From Octopus sinensis (Eukaryota): a stretch of DNA of 64,000 nt. Position 1 is the first letter of the stretch. The number at the start of each line of letters is the position of its first letter. The notes under the pieces were generated by a model. That model was not told the origin of the DNA. It saw only the letters and a program-made list of their open reading frames with translations, and searched no databases. Shown here piece by piece: positions 41,540-53,810 of this stretch. The position numbers and the translations under genes are program-made. Location: assembly GCF_006345805.1 (NCBI RefSeq), contig NC_043006.1:100688001-100752000 (forward strand). The letters run 5' to 3'.

Positions 41540-41689
41540 TATAGATAGATATATAGATAGATAGATAGGTAGACAGATAAAGCTTACTTGGAAAAGGATG
41601 CGTGGCGTTCGATCACATAATAATATAAATAATATATAAATATATGCATACATATATGTACACACCTACATATATATGTATATATACAT

Positions 41690-42330
41690 GCATATATGGG
41701 TACAGGAGATCAAAAAAAAAACGTTGAACACAATGGGAAACGGAAACATAAAAACAAAAACATAGAAAACGAACTCTTTTCGAACAACGAAAAAAACAGA
41801 AAAAAGACATGCAACATAAAGAATATTCCCCTTCATCAGTTGTTCCTGTTTCATCTATTCCGCGTCCGAAGGCAAGGACAATACGCGGCTTCATTGAAAC
41901 AGTCCTTCCTGCAAAGCAAATTAAATAAAATTTGGGATTTTTTGTGGAGGGAGGAAGTGGTAACAAGAACAGGACAGATAGAACAAGACAGTAAAAAACA
42001 AACGGTGAGGGCTGTTAAGCCAAGACGTCTTATTGATTTATTAATTGGCTCCTGAAATATATTCGTTGCAATACTTTCGTTCAGCACTAAATGTTTTCCA
42101 GCAAGAGTCGAGTTAGACTCCGAAGACCGCGTTCAAATCTACTTCGAAGAGTCCTTCATTTCTCAAGTACAGTTGGGGAAATTGTTGCTACGAACGTGCA
42201 CACGGGTTTGAAATCGAATAGCACGCACCCGTGTTTTCCGTCAAAGACCAAAGAGTGCATTTCTTGCGACGATACGTTAATCCATCTAGACACATTGAAT
42301 GCTTTTTGCATTTTCATATATCAGGGAACG
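41690..42330 (-). mobile_element. Decayed Penelope-like 3' end (possible GIY-YIG relic plus terminal repeat)
   Basis: Frameshifted PQLYL...EK*RTLRSRFE resembles LYIGETGRxLxxRFxEH; 41810-41870 matches the reverse complement of 20645-20697. Confidence 0.35.
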
Positions 42331-43094
42331 TACATTTGAAGGAACAATCCCTCTCTACACAAGCAACAATGAATGCAATAACTTTGCTGTTTTGGGAGAG
42401 AGAAATAGAGAAATAGAAAAAGAAGCGGAATAGAAATAACTTCCTCAGAAATATATCGAGAATATAACGTGTAAAGCATTTTAGCTTAGACCTCCGGAAA
42501 CTTTCATGATTTCATGATTTCAGCAATAACGTAATGAAATGAAATAGATGCTGAAAGTAACGGACATTATATAATAAAAGCATGACATATATTAAGAACA
42601 ATTATATAAATGCATTTATAAAATGCTTTTTTTTTTATCCGGACACAAGTTCGTGTTTGTAGTATTCACACAATAAATCAATTGCTGCGAAGTTTTAATC
42701 TAGGAACAGCAAATACGAAGTGTTCAAAGTAAAATACAACGATTAATATAGCAATGCAAGCATGAAATGTCGGGAATTCTCTGGTAACCCATTTGCTAGC
42801 AGAAAATATAGGGAGAGATAAACATGCATATATACAAATACTCACTTAAATATTTTGTGCGTGAGTGTGCGCGCCGATGTGCAAGAATTTTAAGAAGTTC
42901 GATAAAAATTTTGAAGAAAATAATTCTTTTGCAAAATATATTAAAAGTGAACTAAAGAATGGTGTCGTATATTAGCACAAGCACAGAAATTTTCTGGTGT
43001 GCTAACGATTCTGCCAACTCGTTACTTAAAGGGAAGTAAATATTGAACGAACATACACATGCAAACACACACACACATACATATATATACATAT

Positions 43095-43608
<514 letters not shown>

Positions 43609-43935
43609 ATATATATATATATATATTATATATATATATATATACAGCTATATATAACTACATCCCGTAAAAAACTATTCATATCACACCGCTACACATC
43701 CCACACACCTCATATCATACACCTCCAACTTCATAGGAGCACCACATTAATAATATACACTTTCTCCAATTCAAGATAATTCTTGACGGCTTCACATCAT
43801 ACCCAACCAATGGACATAACTATTAACCTAGTACCCTGGCCCTTTTCCGTTTCACCACCTTTTTCACAGCAGCTGCTGACCAGTTGTGCTAATCCGCCTC
43901 CGACAATAGAGAGTAGTCGTCATATTCCCTTCCAT

Positions 43936-44035
43936 ATCGGCTAACTCTGATGAATGTAAAGTTATATAATTGGATTGTTACCTAATACTCCATTACATTC
44001 TTTACGTGAAACTGAATGATAAGATCAGCCGTGAT
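43936..44035 (+). ncRNA. Degenerate hammerhead with long helix II
   Basis: cggctaact-CTGATGA-atgtaaag...ctttacgt-GAAAC-tgaat-G(A)TA-agatcagccg; one extra A in the cleavage strand. Confidence 0.45.
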
Positions 44036-44138
44036 ACATATTTAGTACTATACAATTCGAATGATATACCCACTCTACTGACGGATATACGAGTGCATCT
44101 TTCCCTGACTTGTGGCCTCTTAGACGACTCACGCACTT

Positions 44139-44170
<32 letters not shown>

Positions 44171-44265
44171 GGCATACATACTCCTACCACTACTTCACCT
44201 CGTATACGGAATTATACATACCTTCTTCCCCTATACATGTCCACATATGCATACATATGAATATA

Positions 44266-44336
<71 letters not shown>

Positions 44337-44423
44337 TATTAGAGACAAAACCACTATTTTGCAAAACAAACAAGGAAAGACTTAATCAATACATAAATTT
44401 TTAATAAATAGTCAAAAAAACCG

Positions 44424-44466
44424 CCACTACAATTGTTTCTTGTCTTGATCGACAATCGTCAGGTGG
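44424..44466 (-). ncRNA. Minimal type I hammerhead ribozyme
   Basis: CCAC-CTGACGA-TTGTC(GATCAA)GACAA-GAAAC-AATT-GTA-GTGG: all core nucleotides present, palindromic helix III loop. Confidence 0.9.
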
Positions 44467-47400
44467 ACTTCCAATCTAAAATATCAATATTTTAAAATAT
44501 AAAAATAATAATTTTAAAATAATTAAAGTATGAATGAAAAAATATAAAAATATAATCCATATATAACCTATATATAATCCATATATAATCAATATATAAA
44601 CAATATATAAACTAAAATAAACCTATCAACAATTAAATATAAAATATAAAATATAAAATATAAAATATAAAACAAAGCAAAAAAATAATAATAATATAAT
44701 AATAAACTATATATACACCCATACACATATACCTAATTATATATAACCATATCTAACTACATACACTAAATCACACCCCTATATATATATCCCTATACAT
44801 ACACATAAAAACGTCTAGGCAACTATAAATAAATAAAATAGCTAAATACTTCAACACAATACTTATTCATACTCCCACACACACACACATACAACCCACA
44901 TTCACGCTCTAGAAAACGGACATCACTTAAAATTATGAACGGAGAAATGGAATAAATGGAATTAAAAATTATATTCACTTGGTAAAACGAACACTACTTA
45001 AAAATTATGAATGAAACAATGCAATAAAACAACAGACATCGCAAATAGACACAAATTACTACGAATTCCTTAACAAACCTACCATGATAAACCAAAACTC
45101 ATAAAAACATATAATGATAAAATCTCCCTTTACTAAACTCTATAACATACCTATATAGCAATCCCCCTAACCTAAACATTCACATACAAATACACACACG
45201 TAAACCACACACCACGACATATACAAATACCCACACCACTTACACATACCTATACATACATATAAACCTCAACATATACTCCAAAAACCCACTCAACCCC
45301 ACACAGACAAATAAACACAAAAATTATGAATGGATTCTTTTATAAAACTACCATGATAAGCTAAAACTCACAAAACATAAATGATAAAACCTCCCTTTAC
45401 TAAACACTATAACATACTTATATAGCAATCCCTTTAACCTATACATTCACACACAAATACACACACGTAAACCACACACTCCACAGCAATACGCTTACAC
45501 CCACTCACACCCAGATGGGTGAATTGCACAACCAGGGAACGCACACACACACGTGTGCGTATTTTGATTGTGCAATTCGCCCATATGCATGTATGCGGGC
45601 GCGATTACATTGTTGCACATATCGAGCCCAAATAGCATGCATATGTACATGTGAGGGGGTACACGTACATGCCGTGCGCGTGTACCCCCTGCATTTATAC
45701 CCGTGCGTGAATATACACATGGAGACTACCACACAGGTACAAATGTGTATAGTAATGGGAGCCCCATCACTACACTCAATGTATACTCTCACCCATCCGC
45801 ACGGTTTGAAAGCGAATCTCCGGTGTATATGTTGAGGCTTATATGTAGCGCTGTGGAGTTGAACGTCGTTGAAATTGTGAATGAATGGGTGGAGTTGGGA
45901 ATTGTAACCGGGTGGTGGGCTAGCGTTGCTTGGAATTGGGAATGGAATAGTGTAGTAGTAAGGCAGGTATCGAGAATAGATTTGGGTTACTGCAAGTTGT
46001 TTGTTAGAGCTGCTAAGATGAGCTAAAGCTCATAATTGTATATAATAATTTATTATGGTAGTTTTATTAAAGAATCCATTCATAATAAATTTTTTTTAAG
46101 TAGTGTTGGTTTGCCAAGTGGATATAGTTTTTAGTTCCATTTATTCTATTTCTCCATTCATAATTTTAAATGACGTTTACTTTCCATGGCGCGTATTCTT
46201 TTTTTACATAAGTTATATTTCTATGGTAACGTAATTTTGGTTTGGTTTTTTTAACGGCTAAGAATTTAATTTCACTTCATAATTTGAAACTGACTTGTAA
46301 GTATGTATTTTATTTCTCCTTATGTCATATTGTTATTTTTGATTTCTGGTTATTACGATGTATTTAATGTTGTTTTTTATTGGAGTGTTTATGTATATGA
46401 GATTGTGTGTGAGTTTTTAGTTGTATAATTTATTTATCTGTATGAGTGTGGGTGTGTAAATATTGTTGTATATATCGAGTTTAGTGAGTATGTATATGCG
46501 TATATGTGAGGGAGTATATGTATCTGTTGTGTTTTGTGTTTTGCGTGTGTGTTGTGTTTGTGTGTGAATGTGTATATGGGTTTGTTATTTAGGTTTTGGG
46601 ATGTATGTGTTAATTTGTCTGTGTGGGGAGGGAGTGGGTTTTTGGTGTATATTGAGGTTTATAAGTTAGTATAGGTATGTGTATAAGTCGTGGGTCTGTG
46701 GTTTACGTGTGTGTTTTTTGTGTGTGAATGTTTTTGGTTAGGGGGATTGCTATATAGGTTTGTTATAGAGTTTAGCAAAGGGAGATTTTATCGTTATATG
46801 TTTTTAAGAGTTTTGGTTTATCATGGTTTTTTTAGGGATTCGTGGTAATTTGTCTATTTTCGATGTTGGTTGTTTTATTACATGTTTCATTCATAATTTT
46901 TGAGTGGTGTTCGTTTTGCCACGTGAATATTATTTTTAATTCCATTTATTCCATTTCTCCATTCATTATTTTAAAAGATGTTCGTTTCCAGAGCGGTTAT
47001 ACTTTTTATACATATGTTAAGTTCCTTGGTAAAGTAATTTTGTTTGGTGTATATGTTGAGGCTTATATGTACTTGTGGGTGTGTTTGAGTGGGGTGGGTG
47101 TTTGTATTTGTTATGGGTGTGTGGTTTACGTGTGTGTATTTGTGTGTGAATGTATAGGTTAAAGGGATTGCTATATAAGTATGTTATAGTGTTCAGTAAA
47201 GGGAGGTTTTATCATTTATGTTTTGTGAGTTTTAGCTTATCATGGTAGTTTTATAAAAGAATCCATTCATAACTTTTGTGTTTATTTGTCTGTGTGGGGT
47301 TGAGTGGGTTTTTGGAGTATATGTTGAGGTTTATATGTATGTATAGGTATGTGTAAGTGGTGTGGGTATTTGTATATGTCGTGGGTGTGTGGTTTACGTG

Positions 47401-48125
47401 TGTGTATTTGTATGTGAATGTTTAGGTTAGGGGGATTGCTATATAGGTATGTTATAGAGTTTAGTAAAGGGAGATTTTATCATTATATGTTTTTATGAGT
47501 TTTGGTTTATCATGGTAGGTTTGTTAAGGAATTCGTAGTAATTTGTGTCTATTTGCGATGTCTGTTGTTTTATTGCATTGTTTCATTCATAATTTTTAAG
47601 TAGTGTTCGTTTTACCAAGTGAATATAATTTTTAATTCCATTTATTCCATTTCTCCGTTCATAATTTTAAGTGATGTCCGTTTTCTAGAGCGTGAATGTG
47701 GGTTGTATGTGTGTGTGTGTGGGAGTATGAATAAGTATTGTGTTGAAGTATTTAGCTATTTTATTTATTTATAGTTGCCTAGACGTTTTTATGTGTATGT
47801 ATAGGGATATATATATAGGGGTGTGATTTAGTGTATGTAGTTAGATATGGTTATATATAATTAGGTATATGTGTATGGGTGTATATATAGTTTATTATTA
47901 TATTATATTATTTTTTGTTTTGTTTATATTTTATATTTTATATTTTATATTTTATATTTAATTGTTGATAGGTTTATTTTAGTTTATATATTGTTTATAT
48001 ATTGATTATATATGGATTATATATAGGTTTATATGGATTATATTTTATATTTTTTCATTCATACTTTAATTATTTTAAAATTATTATTTTTATATTTTAA
48101 AATATTGATATTTTAGATTGGAAGT

Positions 48126-48170
48126 CCACCTGACGATTGTCGATCAAGACAAGAAACAATTTTGTAGTGG
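48126..48170 (+). ncRNA. Minimal type I hammerhead ribozyme (AATTTT loop variant)
   Basis: ccac-CTGACGA-ttgtc(gatcaa)gacaa-GAAAC-aatttt-GTA-gtgg; predicted cleavage after A48166. Confidence 0.85.
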
Positions 48171-48788
48171 CGGTTTTTTGACTATTTATTAAAAATTTAT
48201 GTATGATTAAGTCTTTCCTTGTTTGTTTTGCAAAATAGTGGTTTTGTCTCTAATAATATTTTATAATATTTTACTATAAAATTGGATTTAATCCTAAATC
48301 TGATTTTTTCCTGTAAATTTGGATTTATTCCCTAATATTTATAATATATATTATATATTATAATATATATATTATTATATATATATATATATTCATATGT
48401 ATATATATTCATATGTATGCATATGTGGACATGCATAGGGGCAGTAGGTATGTATAATTCCGTATACGAGGTGAAGTACTGGTAGGAGTATGTATGCCTA
48501 CATTTATATATATGCGTGTGTACATATATGAATGTAAGTATGCCTATGTGTGTATGTGTTTGCTTGTTTGAATAAGAGTGTTAGCCTCATAGATGCGCAT
48601 AGAGCGGAATTCATTATATAAATTGAAAATTGGCATTCGCCAAATAAGAGAAACAGAGAGAGAGGGAAACAAAGAGTGAGAGGCAAAGAGAGAGAGTGAG
48701 GGAGAGAGAGCGAGTAAATGGCATCATAGCAGACAAGAGAGAGCTAGAGAGAGACAGGGGGATAGATTGATAGATGAATACATAGACA

Positions 48789-48796
48789 AACAGACT

Positions 48797-48853
<57 letters not shown>

Positions 48854-48854
48854 G

Positions 48855-48930
<76 letters not shown>

Positions 48931-48940
48931 CAAACAGACT

Positions 48941-49038
<98 letters not shown>

Positions 49039-49113
49039 CAGATAGATAGACAAACATACTGATAGATAGATAGATATATAGATAGATAGATAGATAGATA
49101 TATAGATAGATAG

Positions 49114-49151
<38 letters not shown>

Positions 49152-49200
49152 TAGATAGATAGAAGATAGATAGATAGATAGATAGATAGAGATAGATAGT

Positions 49201-49260
<60 letters not shown>

Positions 49261-49270
49261 CAAACAGACT

Positions 49271-49339
<69 letters not shown>

Positions 49340-49431
49340 TAGAAGATAGATAGACAGATAGATAGACAAACAACTGATAGATAGATAGATATATAGATAG
49401 ATAGATAGATAATATATAGATAGAGAAAGAG

Positions 49432-49464
<33 letters not shown>

Positions 49465-49490
49465 GATAGATAGATAGATAGATAGATAGC
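48789..49490. repeat. ~700-bp (TAGA)n microsatellite with recurrent interruptions
   Basis: Direct inspection; gacaaacagactgat-like interruptions recur. Confidence 0.95.
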
Positions 49491-49586
49491 ATGTGAAACA
49501 GAGAACTCAGCAAAAATACCAATATGTATATGCACACGCACACATATACATGCACATACATACATTCATTCATGCATACATAATTC

Positions 49587-49635
<49 letters not shown>

Positions 49636-50102
49636 ATATATATTATATATATATATATACACGTGTGTGTGCATATACATATACATGTAATTCAAAGCAA
49701 AGCAATATCGTAAAATGTTATGAGAGTAAAAAAGGCAAACAAAAAAATTAGAATTGGAAAGTTGAATGTCTTCTGAAAGATCAGGAAATATAAGGCATTA
49801 ATAAAGAGGTGGTAAAACTTGATGGAGAAATAGATGTGAAATTGAAAGGAGAAACAATCAATCAAAATTGTTCCATTACATAAAACAAATTGATAGCTTA
49901 TATCAATCATAAACTAAATATTCTCCTCCTTCGAAGGATGTTGTGTTGCCAAATATGGTGTACTCTTCAGCTAGAGATTGGAAGATGAGTGAGGTTGGGT
50001 TATGGTTAGGAAGGGAAGAAAATTGATGGCAATACAAATGCAAATACAGTGTTTGTATGTATATATGTGTGTGTGTTTGTGTGTGCATATATGTATATGC
50101 AC

Positions 50103-50161
<59 letters not shown>

Positions 50162-50216
50162 CAGCTGGATAGACACATGCACATGTACATATATATATAA
50201 ATATGAATAGATGTGC

Positions 50217-50252
<36 letters not shown>

Positions 50253-51605
50253 ATATATATATATATATATATATAAGTGCCAGTATTCATGGGTATATTA
50301 CGTGTATACAATAATTTAGCTGGTTATATCTACATTTTCTCTCCTCTCTTTTACCCAATAAAACCATTCTTCCGCCCCCACAATTTCATCTATCTACCTA
50401 TCTATCTCTCTATCTATCTATTTATCTATCTTCTTATCTATCTATCTATTTATTTTCTTATCTATCTACCTCTCACACTCTCTCCTCTCGCTTCCTCTCT
50501 ATCCGATGGGTTCTCCAAGTGTTTTCAGCCTGACAATTATCCCTATGAAAATAAAAATATTATTTTCCTGTTACCATATCATTAAATTCAGTTTAAAATT
50601 TTGTGCGTATGAGAGTGTATGCCGTTTGCACGCCCGTGTTTATGTGTTTATACATGTGGGAGTATATCACTCAATCTGTTTGTGTGTGCGTGTGCGTAAG
50701 GAGTAGATCCCAACGGATCATTGCCGATACCGTACAATTTACTGACGCATAAAACACACACACAAAAAAAAATCGAGATTAATAAATCACGTGCACTAAA
50801 AATAGGGCTTAAATTTGATGTTGGAGTGCACTCCCACACGCACATTCACATATACACATGTACGCACATATATATACACACATACACTCATATATGTGCA
50901 TACATATACAATATATTCATCGACAGAATAAAAAAAAAACAGTGAACAAGCTTCAATTCTTAGCTTAGGATCTTCTGTGCAGCCTAGTGCACATTTTAAC
51001 TCCCTACGGAAAAATAAAGTCACTATTATAAATGAATGCTCCACAGAACATGTTTAATCGATTTGCATAACTTAACGCATTTTACGGTTATATATCCCAT
51101 TGATATTTTATCTTTATCTCTAATAGTGGTACGGAATTTAACTGTCCTCTCTAGCGTGCAGGCAGTCCTATGATGGCTACCCTTATGTGTTTAAATGCAC
51201 ACTGCATATAAATATATATATATAATATATATATATATATAATATATATATATATATATACACACGTTTTGCAAACAACTTTCACATGCAAGTGCTACCG
51301 TCGAAAGCTCCGCATACCAGATCCAGCGTGTACATCTGTACATCTGTACATCTGTACATCACTTCAAAATCTCTAGACATGTATGTAAGTGTGTGTGTGT
51401 GTGTATGTGTGTGTGTGCCTTTATGTATGTCTTCGTGTGTTTGTGTGTGTCTTGTCTGTGCGTTTGTGTGTGTGTGTGTGCGTGTGTGTGTTTAAGGTGG
51501 TGCTCCAGCATCGCTGCAGTCACATGACTGTAGAAAGTAAAATGTACATGATAAAAGATAACTCTCTCTATATAAATGCAAATACATATGTATGCATGTA
51601 TGTAC

Positions 51606-51930
51606 ATGGCTCATTGGTTAGACCGTCGGGTTCATCTTCATGAGATAGTGAGTTCGATTCCCGAACCGGAGTGCATGTTGTGTTCCTGAGCAAGACCCTT
51701 TATTTCACCTTGCCCCAGTCCATTCAGTTGTAGAAATGATTTGCGACGTCACTCGTACCAAGCTGTAAGGTTTTTGTCTTTCCCTTGGACACGGTGGCGT
51801 GAAGAGGAGAGACCGGTATGTATTGGCAACTGCCGCGCTTCTATATATACAACCTGGCCCGGACATGGGCATTTCAGGGGAACTCTCTCGGTACAATCGC
51901 ATGGTCATTCATGAGCGTAAGGTGCCCTCT
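51606..51930 (+). mobile_element. tRNA-derived SINE, family D
   Basis: A-box-like ggctcattggttaga and B-box-like gagttcgattccc, followed by a ctgagcaagacccttt core-like motif. Confidence 0.55.
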
Positions 51931-52443
51931 CCTCTGTCTATCTATCTTTCTATCTATCAATCCATCTATCTATCTTTCTATATTCTATTATGTTTTCTAA
52001 TTATTAAAATTCTCCATCAGAAGAATGAACTGGTTTCTAAAAAAGATTGAATGTAGATAACAAAAGCAATGTCACATTCTAAACTTGAGAAAAGTCTTGT
52101 ATATTTTTATTGTTCCACCTTCAAATTGTATTTGTAATGCGTGCTAGCTGGTTAACTTCTTTTTCTGAAGAACCTAGCTTATCCAGGTTGTCACTTAGGC
52201 ATTTACTCACAAAGTCTAATGCATCAGTTGTTATTGGTATAGATTTAGAAGCTGGTAGTTTCGAAAGTATATATGCCAGTAGTTATGTTAACTGGGACTT
52301 CATCTTTTGACTAACAAATTATTCGAAGAGTCCAGAAGAATCCGATACGTTAAGTATTAAACGGCAATCACGGCGGATTTTACAATACATCGGCCTTACC
52401 CTGCAGTTCTGAGAACTCAACCTTTAGCGTCAGTAGTTATTCT

Positions 52444-52868
52444 TTTATTCTTTTACTTGTTTCAGTCATTTTGACGGCGGTCATGCTGGAGCACCGCCTT
52501 GAAAGGCTTTTCGTCGAATGAATCAACCCAAGTAGTTATGTCTTCTTAAATCCTGACACTTATTCTATCTTTTCGCTGAACCGCTAAGTTACGTGCACAC
52601 CAACACCGATTGTGACGCGGCGATGGGGAGAAATACTGATACAAGACGCGCGAGCGCACATACATATACACACACACAGACAGACACACAGACACACACA
52701 CATATATATTCAACAGGCTTTTTCCAGTTTCCGTCTACCATATCAACTCACAAGGTTTTGGTCGACCCGAGGCTATAGTAGAAGACACTTTCCCAAGGTG
52801 CCAAGCAGTGGGACTGAACCCGGAACCATGTAGCTGGAAAGCAAACGTCTTACCACGCAGCCACGCCC
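52444..52868 (-). mobile_element. SINE family B, old diverged copy
   Basis: Diverged reverse-complement match. Confidence 0.7.
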
Positions 52869-53429
52869 GTTCTTATTTTCTAAAATTAGTTTTAATATTA
52901 TAACATTTAAGATCACACTTAGTCGTAAATATATACATGCACAAATACAAATATGTATGTGTGTGCGTGGGCGGGTGTGCATATACGTGCGTATTTATAT
53001 ATGTAGAATTATGGATGTATATATATATATATGTGGTATGTGTATATATATATACGCACACACACACCCAAACACACAGAATGACAAAGCAAACGGCAAA
53101 CAGATTGACAGACGTGTACATATATATATATACATACATGCTCATATATTTTAGGCCCCGGCGTAATATATTAATATATGCATTTATTAGGAGTAGGGAC
53201 ATGCATATGCATATATTTACCAATATAGGTTTGTTAATGCTTGTTTACATGCCTTTATATGATAATGAGAGAAGGAAAAATGAAGGAACAAGGAAGGCAT
53301 CAAGGAAAAAAGGGAAGAACTGAAGGAAGGAAACAGAACGAAGGAGAGAATATAGAAAGGAAATTTCGCAAAATTGATAATACCAGTTCGGAAGACATTT
53401 CTTGTTCTTTGCTCTTCTCCCTGCTCTTC

Positions 53430-53452
53430 CTCTCTCTCACTCTCTCTCCCTC

Positions 53453-53486
<34 letters not shown>

Positions 53487-53810
53487 ACCCACTCTCTCTC
53501 TCTCTTTCTCTCACTCACTCTCTCTCTCACCCACTCTCTCTCTCTTTCTCTCACTCACTCCCTCTCTCACTTACTCTCTCTCTCTTTCTCTCAATCACTC
53601 TCTCTCTCACCCACTATCACTCACTCTCTCTCTCACTCACTCTCTCTCTCACCCACTCTCACTCACTCTCTCTCTCACTCTCTCTCTCTCTCACTCTCTC
53701 TCTCTCTCTCACTCACTCTCTCTCTCACCCACTCTCTCTCTTTCTCTCACTCACTCTCTCTCTCACTCACTCTCTCTCTCCCTCTCTCGCTCTCTCTCTC
53801 TTTCTCTCTC
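53430..53810. repeat. (CT)n/(CTCA)n compound microsatellite
   Basis: Direct inspection; source of the Leu/Ser ORFs. Confidence 0.95.

Larger units (their letters stand above)
44330..48340. mobile_element. Head-to-head non-coding Penelope-like element with ~1.15-kb inverted arms
   Basis: Arm 44330-45480 is a near-perfect reverse complement of about 47118-48263; each arm ends in a hammerhead-bearing terminus next to (TA)n. Confidence 0.85.

Noticed and set aside
44890-45480. AC-rich strand as decayed GIY-YIG C-terminus (HALENGH, NLPLLN)
   Set aside because: Riddled with stops, orientation conflicts with the ribozyme strand, and the matches could be compositional.
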